From Minisyncoccota bacterium (GTDB taxonomy: Bacteria > Patescibacteriota > Minisyncoccia > Phycocordibacterales > JBAYLF01), in NCBI GenBank assembly GCA_041664205.1, contig JBAYLF010000004.1:12297-76296 (forward strand): a stretch of 64,000 nt of DNA. Direction: 5' to 3'. The first letter of the stretch is position 1. Every line of letters begins with the position of its first letter. The notes beneath the pieces were generated by a model. That model saw only the letters and a program-made list of their open reading frames with translations, was not told where the DNA came from and searched no databases. Below, piece by piece: positions 17,982 to 26,665 of the stretch. A program made the translations under genes and the position numbers.

Positions 17982-18989
17982 ATGCTTGATTACAACGTAG
18001 TACTTCCATCAAAGCCTCGAGTCATAAAGGAAGAAAATTTCATTGGTATCTATGAAATTGACGGCCTTTACCCAGGCTATGGTCATACTTTGGGTAATTC
18101 GCTCCGAAGAATCATTCTTTCGTCACTTCCTGGAGCTGCTATTACATCTGTAAAAATTGATGGTGTAAGCCATGAATTTTCTACTATCGAAGGGATAAAA
18201 GAAGATGTGATAACAATAATCCTAAACTTAAAAAGAGTCCGATTGGAAATGCTCACAGACGAACCTCAAATTCTCAAGCTAAAAGTAAAAGGTGCAAAAG
18301 AAGTCACAGCAAATGACATCGAACTACCAGGCCAAATTAATATTTTGAACCCTGATCTTCATATTGCAGAGCTCACAGACAAGAGTGCTGAATTAAATAT
18401 GGAACTCACAGTTGAAAAGGGTCTTGGATATGTATCAAAGGAAGTCTTACAAAAAGAAAGAGTTGAGATTGGAACAATCACTTTGGATGCAAACTTCACT
18501 CCTATTAAAAGAGTAAATTACGAAGTTGAACATATGCGTGTTGGCACAAGAACTGACTTCAATAGATTAAAAATCTATATCGAAACAGACGGAACTGTTA
18601 ACCCACGCGAAGCTTTAGAAAAATCAATCGAAATAATGAGCTTGCAGTTAAAGGCAATAATCGGATTTAAGGAAGAAGAGGAAGAAATTTCTTCTTTACA
18701 AGAGAATACAGATTCAGAATCTGAGGAAGAAAAAGATGAATCCGAAGAAGACCAAAACAGCAAAAAAATATCAAAGGAAGCTTATGATGATGTTTTGAAA
18801 ACAAGAACAGACACTCTTGATTTATCACAAAGAACAGTTAATGCTTTAACAAATGCAAACATCAGAACAGTAGGAGGTATTGCTAGAAAGAAAGAAAAAG
18901 ATCTCCTAGAAATCGAAGGATTAGGTTCAAAAGGAGTAAAAGAGATCAAAAAATCATTAGGTAATTTTGGTATAACACTAAAAGAATAA
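17982..18989 (+). CDS. rpoA: DNA-directed RNA polymerase subunit alpha, with an acidic linker insertion
   Basis: NTD GNSLRRILLSSLPGAA and CTD helix-hairpin-helix region. A Glu/Ser/Asp-rich insertion lies between the domains. Confidence 0.9.
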   Translation: MLDYNVVLPSKPRVIKEENFIGIYEIDGLYPGYGHTLGNSLRRIILSSLPGAAITSVKIDGVSHEFSTIEGIKEDVITIILNLKRVRLEMLTDEPQILKLKVKGAKEVTANDIELPGQINILNPDLHIAELTDKSAELNMELTVEKGLGYVSKEVLQKERVEIGTITLDANFTPIKRVNYEVEHMRVGTRTDFNRLKIYIETDGTVNPREALEKSIEIMSLQLKAIIGFKEEEEEISSLQENTDSESEEEKDESEEDQNSKKISKEAYDDVLKTRTDTLDLSQRTVNALTNANIRTVGGIARKKEKDLLEIEGLGSKGVKEIKKSLGNFGITLKE

Positions 18990-19011
18990 AAGATTTATTT
19001 AAAAAACTACA

Positions 19012-19359
19012 ATGAGGCACCACAGCAAAAACAAAAAGCTAAGCAGAGTAAAAAAAGTCCGCACAGGTCTAATGAGATCTCTTGCTAATTCACTTATTCG
19101 ATACAATAAGATTAAAACAACAGAAGTAAAAGCTAGAGCATTAAGACCACTTGCAGAAAAGATTGTAACTAAAGGAAAAAAGGGTGGAATTGCCAATATT
19201 AGATTAATAAGAACAATAGTAGGAACTCCTGAATGCAAAAAGATAATAGAAGAAATAGCTCCAAAATATAAAGGAAGAAGCGGAGGATACACAAGAATTA
19301 TCAAACTAGGAGCAAGAAAAAGCGACGGAAGTAAAATGGCAGTAATTGAATTCGTTTAG
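19012..19359 (+). CDS. rplQ: 50S ribosomal protein L17
   Basis: MRHHSKNKKLSR...GLMRSLANSL is canonical L17. Confidence 0.9.
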   Translation: MRHHSKNKKLSRVKKVRTGLMRSLANSLIRYNKIKTTEVKARALRPLAEKIVTKGKKGGIANIRLIRTIVGTPECKKIIEEIAPKYKGRSGGYTRIIKLGARKSDGSKMAVIEFV

Positions 19360-19377
19360 AAAATTTTTAAAATTACC

Positions 19378-19722
19378 ATGGATTACAAAATTGATGCAAC
19401 AAATAAAAAGTTAGGACGAATAGCTAGCGAAGCTGCAACTTTATTAATGGGTAAAAAAGAAGTTGATTTTGCAAGAAATAAACTCCCAAACACTAAAGTT
19501 ACAATCGTAAACGCTTCAAAAGCAAGTCTTGATGAAAAGAAAATGGAAATGAATTTGAAAGAACAATATTCAGGATATCCAGGAGGTTTAAAGAAAATTT
19601 CAATAAAACAAACGCTTGAAAAAAAGGGTTATGGAAAAATTTTTGAGAATGCTATAAAAGGCATGATCCCTAGAAATAAATTAAGACCATTGATCATGAA
19701 ACATTTAGTAATAACAGACTAG
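19378..19722 (+). CDS. rplM: 50S ribosomal protein L13 (short form)
   Basis: ATNKKLGRIASEAA...L13-like. 114 aa. Lies next to rpsI, as is typical. Confidence 0.8.
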   Translation: MDYKIDATNKKLGRIASEAATLLMGKKEVDFARNKLPNTKVTIVNASKASLDEKKMEMNLKEQYSGYPGGLKKISIKQTLEKKGYGKIFENAIKGMIPRNKLRPLIMKHLVITD

Positions 19723-19732
19723 TAATTATTTT

Positions 19733-20155
19733 ATGAAAACAGTAACCAAAGAAAATTTAACAGGAGAAAGATATATTGAGGCTGTAGGACGCAGAAAAAC
19801 ATCTACTGCCCGAGTACGCCTTTTCGCTAACACAAAAACAAGCTACGAGATCAACGAAAGAGAGTTAGAAAATTATTTTCCAACTGAAGAATTAAGAGCG
19901 ATCGCAACAGATGCATTAAGTAAATCGAAAATTCCAGCAAAATTCAAAATTACTGCCAAAATAACAGGTGGGGGAATACACTCTCAAGCAGAAGCTCTAC
20001 GACATGGAACTGCTAGAGCATTAATTGAATTTGATGCAGAACTTCGAAAGAAATTAAAGAAATTAACTTTTCTTAAGAGAGATCCTAGAGCAAAAGAAAG
20101 AAGAAAATTCGGTCTCAAGAAAGCTCGCAAGGCTCCACAATGGTCTAAACGATAA
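19733..20155 (+). CDS. rpsI: 30S ribosomal protein S9
   Basis: GGGIHSQAEALRHGTARAL and the C-terminal KKARKAPQWSKR are canonical S9. Confidence 0.9.
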   Translation: MKTVTKENLTGERYIEAVGRRKTSTARVRLFANTKTSYEINERELENYFPTEELRAIATDALSKSKIPAKFKITAKITGGGIHSQAEALRHGTARALIEFDAELRKKLKKLTFLKRDPRAKERRKFGLKKARKAPQWSKR

Positions 20156-20164
20156 AACTAAAAA

Positions 20165-20194
20165 TAAAACCGCTTCAAAAGCGGTTTTATTTTT
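20165..20194 (+). terminator. rho-independent terminator
   Basis: aaaccgcttc-aaaa-gcggtttt followed by a T-run. Confidence 0.75.
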
Positions 20195-20323
20195 TAAATT
20201 TGAAGAAATTATCCCCAAATTCTACCTGATTAACCGTGCATAAGATGTTTATTCGAGATATCATAAATATGATGGTCTTTCTTTATGTATCTATATAGTT
20301 TTTAATTATAAATAATAAAAAAT

Positions 20324-21382
20324 ATGAAGCCAAAATATTTAATCTTTACTATCATAGGAATTATAATAATTGCTTGCGGAAGCTATTATTTTTACACCCA
20401 ACAAAGTCAAAATAATTTATTACAACAAAAAAAACAACTCGCTATTTCAGATTTCAATAGCAATAATCTAGATGACGCTATTTTAAATGCACAAGAATTA
20501 ACAAAATCAGAAAAAACAAAAGTAGAAGGACTGTTACTTTTGGCCGCTAGCTACGTTCAAAAGGGAAGTGTGGAATTTAAAGAAAAAGAATACGGAGATA
20601 AAGCTATCTCAACAGCTCAAGATGTTTTAGCAATTGAACCAAGCAACGCCGAAGCATACAGACTTATTGGATACGCAAATGAAATAGAACAAAATTATCC
20701 AGAATCTATAAAAAATTACGATAAATCAATTTCTCTCAACGCAGAAAATGCTATAGCCTTAGCAAGTAGAGGACATGCATATTATTTAATGGGTGAAAAC
20801 AAAAAAGCGGAAGAAGACTTTTTGACAGCGATATCTATTGATCCAAAAATGGAAACCGCTCTATTAAACCTAGCAAGACTTTCTTTTGAAGCAGGAGACT
20901 CTAAAAAAGCGGAAGAATATTTAGCAAAAATAGTTGATCCTAATACACCGTCTTTGGTAAAAGCCGATGCATTAACTCTTTCAGCCTTAATTAAAGGACA
21001 AAATAGCGATATTGAAGGCGCTTTAGATTCTTTCAATAAAGCTCTGGCTTTAAATCCAACATCTCCATATATCATGGTATGTATTGCACAGGTAAAAACA
21101 GCATTACTTTTCAAAAATGGCACAACAATAAAAAAGATTGATGTTGAGAAAATTATATCCGATGTAGAAGCAGCAATTTCTATTAATCCTTCTCAAACAA
21201 TAGCTTATATTACTCTCGGAAAGTTGAAAGCTTTGATTGGTGATTCCAAAGGAGCAGAGGAACAATTCAACAAAGCAAAAGCAGTTGTTGCAGAAGATAT
21301 CACATTAAATTCCATCGCGAAAAAAAATATACAAACAGAGATAGAGAATGCATTATCAATAAGTATTAAAGAGATAAAATAA
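20324..21382 (+). CDS. membrane-anchored tetratricopeptide (TPR) repeat protein
   Basis: N-terminal TM helix. Repeated 34-residue A/Y/L-pattern units (AEAYRLIGYA..., AIALASRGHAYYLMGENKKAEEDF...). Confidence 0.7.
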   Translation: MKPKYLIFTIIGIIIIACGSYYFYTQQSQNNLLQQKKQLAISDFNSNNLDDAILNAQELTKSEKTKVEGLLLLAASYVQKGSVEFKEKEYGDKAISTAQDVLAIEPSNAEAYRLIGYANEIEQNYPESIKNYDKSISLNAENAIALASRGHAYYLMGENKKAEEDFLTAISIDPKMETALLNLARLSFEAGDSKKAEEYLAKIVDPNTPSLVKADALTLSALIKGQNSDIEGALDSFNKALALNPTSPYIMVCIAQVKTALLFKNGTTIKKIDVEKIISDVEAAISINPSQTIAYITLGKLKALIGDSKGAEEQFNKAKAVVAEDITLNSIAKKNIQTEIENALSISIKEIK

Positions 21383-21387
21383 TTAAT

Positions 21388-22752
21388 ATGAAAAAATATA
21401 TTCTTTTTATTTTTTGTTCGCTGTTAGCTGTTAATTTATTATTTTGCGCGCCTCAAAAAGCTTCGGCAGCCTCTCGTGCAGCGGGAAGCGTTTCATATAG
21501 TGTAGATAATGGAAACGGATCAGTAACGCATTACACATTCTTTATAGTAGGAAAGGCAAAAGAAGTTTACCTCCTACTTTCAAATCCAGCAAGCACCTAT
21601 CAGTATTATTTTGCTCTTATGGGATATCCTTCTTGTGGAAACTTTACTATCTCACTAGTTGCTAAAACAACTTCATGTACTCCGCTTTATCAATGCAGTG
21701 GAAATGCTGTAGTCGAAAGATGCTCAGGAGCAACTCAGCAGTGCTCATACGGATGCTCTAACGGATCTTGTAATCCTATGCCTCCGACTCCACCACCTCC
21801 TCCACCAACTAATTTAAGTGGCTCATGCTCAACTGGTGGTAAAACTGCAAACTTCTCTTGGGTTAACGCTGCAGGCTACAACACAGTATACTTCCGGGCA
21901 GTAGATACAACATTATTCGGATGTGTAGCGCAAAACCTAAGTAACCTCTGGAATGAAGGAGTAGTAGGCACAACTTATTCTATTAATACAACACCTGGGC
22001 ACTCTTACTGCTGGTGGTTAAATACAAAAGCTTCCGATGGAAAATGGAGCACCGAAGCAAACACAAAAAACTTTACTTGTGAATGCGATAACGGCACTTC
22101 TAATCCTCCAACATGCACGAAATGCCCGAGTGGTTATAGCCTCATAAACAATGTCTGCACTCTTGTATGTTCTAACGGCGCTACAGATTATCCAACATGC
22201 ACCATATGTCCAATTGGCTATAATCTAATAAATAATATTTGCACTCCTGAATGTTCCAATGGGGCTTCTAATTATCCTACGTGCACTATATGTCCATCTG
22301 GATATACTTTAATAAATAATGCCTGCATTCCTCCTAGTTGCACTCCGAGCTACAGATGTAATGCCGACAACACAGGAGTAATAAATAGTTGCAACAACGG
22401 AACGACTCTATGCCCAACAGATCAAGTTTGCATCGAAGGTGCATGTTCTTCTTTGAAAATAAATAAATTTAATCCTAGTCCATCTCAAGTTCCAAAAAAT
22501 TCTGGATGTAATCTTGTATATGATATCTCAGGCGCACTATCGTGTAATATAACAGGAACAAACATTGGTGGGCAGGGAATTAACTCCATATCATTACCTC
22601 TGATCTCAGGCACAATAAGTAGCAGCACAAAGTCAGGACCCATTCAAACAAAAACAACATACACTCTGTCGTGCGCTGATACTGCTCATGTCATACATTC
22701 AAAGCAAGCAAACTGTTTGATGATGGTTGATATCATCTTCAATGAGTTCTAA
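21388..22752 (+). CDS. secreted Cys-rich repeat protein with poly-Pro linker
   Basis: Signal peptide (LLAVNLLFCAPQKASA). PPTPPPPPP linker. Tandem about 20-aa units CxxCPxGYxLINNxC(T). Confidence 0.7.
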   Translation: MKKYILFIFCSLLAVNLLFCAPQKASAASRAAGSVSYSVDNGNGSVTHYTFFIVGKAKEVYLLLSNPASTYQYYFALMGYPSCGNFTISLVAKTTSCTPLYQCSGNAVVERCSGATQQCSYGCSNGSCNPMPPTPPPPPPTNLSGSCSTGGKTANFSWVNAAGYNTVYFRAVDTTLFGCVAQNLSNLWNEGVVGTTYSINTTPGHSYCWWLNTKASDGKWSTEANTKNFTCECDNGTSNPPTCTKCPSGYSLINNVCTLVCSNGATDYPTCTICPIGYNLINNICTPECSNGASNYPTCTICPSGYTLINNACIPPSCTPSYRCNADNTGVINSCNNGTTLCPTDQVCIEGACSSLKINKFNPSPSQVPKNSGCNLVYDISGALSCNITGTNIGGQGINSISLPLISGTISSSTKSGPIQTKTTYTLSCADTAHVIHSKQANCLMMVDIIFNEF

Positions 22753-22776
22753 TTAGTTAGACAAAAATCTAACATC

Positions 22777-22811
22777 AAAAAACACCTTCTAATTTCAGAA
22801 GGTGTTTTTTG
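22777..22811 (+). terminator. rho-independent terminator
   Basis: aaaaacaccttct-aatttc-agaaggtgtttttt. Confidence 0.75.
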
Positions 22812-23544
22812 AAATAAATAAATAACATATTTTATAACATTGTCAATAGTAATAATTTTTCTATCTTGATCAAACTGAAAACAAATATCTGTTTAATTGA
22901 TTAATTGTAGATTAAAAATTAATTCAAACATCATAACTAATAAGCGTTGTAGGGAAGTTTTGTAAATTTTAATCTACTACGATGTAAGAGATTTAATTTA
23001 ATTATTTGAATTATTAAATTTATTAAATAATTAAATTATTGGCCCAATCTATATAATAGGGTATTCAAAGCGGTTTTATACTATGTCGCACAATATATCT
23101 TTTACGACATAGATATTGAAGAATAAGGACTCTAATACTATTAACTCCTTCAGATAAAACAATTGCTTAAACCGAGATGATCAATGTATCAACTTTAAAT
23201 GTATCGTTCGTCCTAGAGCGTTATAGGAGGTCAAAATTCACCTAATTCCCTCATTTAAAGACCTTATAGTATTTAATCAAAAAATAACAAAAGAAGAGTG
23301 TAACTTCATTAATACTTAAGCAAACAATCCTTATTTTTAATTAATTTAATCTATTTTTAATAGATCGAATTTTGATCTTAATAATATAAAACTTTTAATG
23401 ATAATTAAGATGCGTTTGCTTTTTTTATTGAAAGTTTAATTTAATAAACAAAAATATTTTTTATAAATATCTTACCATTGACACATACAAAATAAGATTG
23501 CATTATTTAGTAGGGCACTATTACTACCCTCTTTAAAAATAGAG

Positions 23545-23581
23545 AACAAAAAAGGGAAGCGATCATTGAGATCGTCTTCCC
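23545..23581 (-). terminator. rho-independent terminator (for the phosphoesterase gene)
   Basis: On the - strand, gggaagacgatctcaatgatcgcttccc followed by TTTTTT. Confidence 0.65.
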
Positions 23582-23589
23582 TATTTAAT

Positions 23590-24762
23590 TTAATGAACAT
23601 CATTTAAGTCTTCTAACCAAATCGGACTTAAGTCAGTTAACTGCTTTCTTTGATGATTAATAAGAAAAAATGCCTGCTGAGGTCTTTCGAAATCAGCTTT
23701 GATACTTAAAGCGTAGGCATTGTATCCAATTAGAGAACCATTACACACAAAGTTACCACCATACTTTAGCTGATGAAAATGTCCGAAAACATCAAGATTA
23801 ACAGCCCTAGATTTTTGCCATTGAGCAATAGCTTTATACGCTGGAATAAAAATACCACCAACACCGCCAGCATACCTAATATCATGACCGTGATGAAAAC
23901 GAATCACAAATCCTTCAACATCAATGAATGAGTGATAGCCTCGAGAGATCATAAATTTCACTCTAGGATTATCTGAAAAATGATCAGCTATGTTGTGATA
24001 CATTATATATTCCAAAGAATTACCGCTCTCGGTTGAATGTCTTTGTTTTTTTGTTATTCGGCCATGATTACCTGAATGGCACGGTATCACAAAATCCAAA
24101 TCTGTATTATCTAACAAAAAATTAATTCCAGAAATAATTCTTTTTTGGACTTCAAGAGTTGCATCTATAGGTAAAAGTAAATTACCTTCCATTAATTCAT
24201 CATGGATGGATCCAGAAATAAAGTCTCCTAATAAAGCCAATATCAAAGTTTTTATGTTGATACTTTTTTGTTTTGCTTCAATTAGTCTTAAGAGACTTTG
24301 AAAAAATAAAGTTGCTCTTTTTCCTGTAATCTCTAAATTAGAATTATTAAGATCATTTACAGTGCTAGGATCAACTCTTTCTTCTATATGCCAATCAGAG
24401 CCGACAGCAACCGCAGTGGCTGATGATTCCTCAGAATCGCTTCTCCTAGTAATTTTATAACAAGAAATTTCATCTTTTAAACGCCTTACAGCATCTCTTT
24501 CTTTTTCTGCTTTCTCTAAACGATCTTGAAGTAATTTTAAAGTTTTTTTGTTATATCCAACTTCTTTTGAAAGTCTAGATTTTTCAATTTCTAAATCAAG
24601 TTCATGTTCAGGATTTAAAGGTGTTAAAAGATCTTTCGCTTGGCCAATTGTAAGGCCGTGAAATTTTTTAACAAGTTCCTTTGGTAATGCTTTAGGATTC
24701 CTTTTAATAAATGTTCTAATTTTTCTTAATAGATCTTCAGATAATTGTTTCGGACTAGTCAT
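23590..24762 (-). CDS. calcineurin-like metallophosphoesterase with a distinct, about 110-aa N-terminal domain
   Basis: Phosphoesterase motifs in order: GSDWH (GDxH), LGDFISG (GDxxD), GNHG (GNH[DE]) and GHFH (GHxH). Confidence 0.65.
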   Translation of the reverse strand: MTSPKQLSEDLLRKIRTFIKRNPKALPKELVKKFHGLTIGQAKDLLTPLNPEHELDLEIEKSRLSKEVGYNKKTLKLLQDRLEKAEKERDAVRRLKDEISCYKITRRSDSEESSATAVAVGSDWHIEERVDPSTVNDLNNSNLEITGKRATLFFQSLLRLIEAKQKSINIKTLILALLGDFISGSIHDELMEGNLLLPIDATLEVQKRIISGINFLLDNTDLDFVIPCHSGNHGRITKKQRHSTESGNSLEYIMYHNIADHFSDNPRVKFMISRGYHSFIDVEGFVIRFHHGHDIRYAGGVGGIFIPAYKAIAQWQKSRAVNLDVFGHFHQLKYGGNFVCNGSLIGYNAYALSIKADFERPQQAFFLINHQRKQLTDLSPIWLEDLNDVH

Positions 24763-24916
24763 AATTTCCTCCTTATTTTGTTTTCAACGAACTCTAAAGG
24801 TTGTTTAAATCACTTCCCTATTTCCTTTCATCAACAATTATACCTGACAAAATAAAATAAAACCAAATATGGCTTGTCCTCAAAATCATTTATTTTAACT
24901 TGTCAAAACTTGATTA

Positions 24917-25018
24917 TTTCGTCGAGCGAGAAGCGCCGCGCAAACTTCTTAGTTTGCGCGGCGCTTGAGCGAAGACGAAATATAGGTTCAATTAACACCT
25001 CGCGGCTCTGCCGCGAGG
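24917..25018. other. GC-rich palindromic segment (64-nt imperfect palindrome plus a 21-nt hairpin with T-tail)
   Basis: tttcgtcgagcgagaagcgccgcgcaaac...gtttgcgcggcgcttgagcgaagacgaaa, and cctcgcgg-ctctg-ccgcgagg followed by aacctttatttt. Strongly GC-rich in an AT-rich region. Confidence 0.55.
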
Positions 25019-25023
25019 AACCT

Positions 25024-25284
25024 TTATTTTCCAGAAAATGATCCGGAAAAATGACTAACAAAAGTTAGAAACTTATTGAAATAAACCAAAATAAGTTTGA
25101 TAATATCTAATACCCATACCCAAATAATTTGCATTAATTTTAGAAAATTAACAAAAAAACTTTTTACTATAGGGTTGGCGAGAATTTTTTTTATTTCATC
25201 ATTAAAATATATAAATATAACTATTCCGATAATGACAGCAATTATTGTTGAAATAAAACCTCTATTTTTTCCTGATTTATTCAT
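25024..25284 (-). CDS. small hypothetical membrane protein
   Basis: 86 aa with two hydrophobic helices. Confidence 0.45.
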   Translation of the reverse strand: MNKSGKNRGFISTIIAVIIGIVIFIYFNDEIKKILANPIVKSFFVNFLKLMQIIWVWVLDIIKLILVYFNKFLTFVSHFSGSFSGK

Positions 25285-25347
25285 AAATATTTTTTATTAT
25301 TTATTTACATTTTAAAATGATACACAAATTAGCACAAGTATTTTTTC

Positions 25348-26649
25348 TTAATAAGTTGGCAAATATACCATTGGATCAAGATAAGCTTTTATATCCGCCA
25401 TCGGAATAACTGCTCCCTTGCAATGAATGCTGGTATCGTAAGTCGTAACTCTAACTCCTTGAGTTGCAAAGACTCCAAAATGCAAATGTGGGCCTGTCGC
25501 ATAACCAGTATTTCCACTGTATCCTATTCTTTCTCCAGTTTTTACATTTTGACCTTGAGCAACACTTATAACAGAGAAATGCGAATAGATCGTAGATAAA
25601 CCATTATCGTGCTTTATCAGAACCCATTTTCCATATGAATAACATCCTGGAACGGCGTCAGTATTGCCTACTGCGGTCACAACTCCATTTAAAGCAGCTT
25701 TTACTTCTGTTCCGATAGAAGCTCTAAAATCAATACCGTTATGAGAGCCTGAAACATAAAGTCTTTTTGAATCAGCAGTTTGTCCAAAAAGTTGAGTAAT
25801 GAAAACATTATCTAATGGCCACGAAAGTATTGAGTGGCCAGAGCTAGGAAAACTTTTTGGATCAATCGCAATTTTGAGTTGAGATTCGTAATCAAATAAT
25901 TCTTTTTCAAATAGATCTTTCTGCTTTTTCTTTTCGGCTAAAATCTTTTGAAATTCTGCTTCTTTGTTTTTTGTTTCTGCAAGAACTTTGTCTTTTTCGT
26001 TTTTGTTATAAACAACGACTAATTTTTGATCAGATAAATTTTTCTTTTGATTTAACAAACTATCTTTTAATACTAAACTTTTGTCCTTACTTTCTTTTAA
26101 GGATTCCGTAAGATTCTTTAGTTCGTCTGCATTATTTTTTATAGCGCTTTGCAATTGCGCCATATTTTCAAGATCAGACCACACATCAGATAATACTTTC
26201 TGAGAAAGTAGATTTTCTATAAAAGATTGCGACTCCTGCTCCGATATTAATCTAAAGTTTGCAGCAAGGGCAATATAGCTTTTTTCAATATTGCTTTCTT
26301 TGCTCTTTATTTCGATTTCCAACTCTTTTATTTCCAAATTTATTCCAGAGATCTTGTTTTCTGTGACTTTTATACTTGTTTCCAGTTTTTTTCTTGTTTG
26401 TTCAAGTGTGGTTATTGTTGTTTTTAAAGTCGCTTTTTGCTTTCCAGTTTCATCTAGTTGTTTTTGATAGCCTTCAATTTCTTTTTCCAGCGCTGCAATC
26501 GTATTATTTCTGTCAGTAATTTTTTGTTTTAATTCATCTATAGTAGCAGCAAAAATATTTCCGGAAAATAGTGGCGACAATACCAAAATTATGCTTATTA
26601 TTCCAAATATCAAAAAAATACTTCGCTTTAAAAGCTTCGATTTTGCCAT
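25348..26649 (-). CDS. M23 family peptidase with N-terminal coiled coil (EnvC-like murein hydrolase or activator)
   Basis: Signal/TM helix, then a long coiled coil. C-terminal M23 motifs GSHNGIDF and GPHLHF. Confidence 0.8.
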   Translation of the reverse strand: MAKSKLLKRSIFLIFGIISIILVLSPLFSGNIFAATIDELKQKITDRNNTIAALEKEIEGYQKQLDETGKQKATLKTTITTLEQTRKKLETSIKVTENKISGINLEIKELEIEIKSKESNIEKSYIALAANFRLISEQESQSFIENLLSQKVLSDVWSDLENMAQLQSAIKNNADELKNLTESLKESKDKSLVLKDSLLNQKKNLSDQKLVVVYNKNEKDKVLAETKNKEAEFQKILAEKKKQKDLFEKELFDYESQLKIAIDPKSFPSSGHSILSWPLDNVFITQLFGQTADSKRLYVSGSHNGIDFRASIGTEVKAALNGVVTAVGNTDAVPGCYSYGKWVLIKHDNGLSTIYSHFSVISVAQGQNVKTGERIGYSGNTGYATGPHLHFGVFATQGVRVTTYDTSIHCKGAVIPMADIKAYLDPMVYLPTY

Positions 26650-26665
26650 GAATATATTATACCAC

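Noticed and set aside
21388-22752. Possible CRISPR-like tandem repeats at about 22080-22350
   Set aside because: The repeats are in-frame coding repeats of a Cys-rich protein, with about 60-nt imperfect units and no spacer/repeat alternation. Not a CRISPR array
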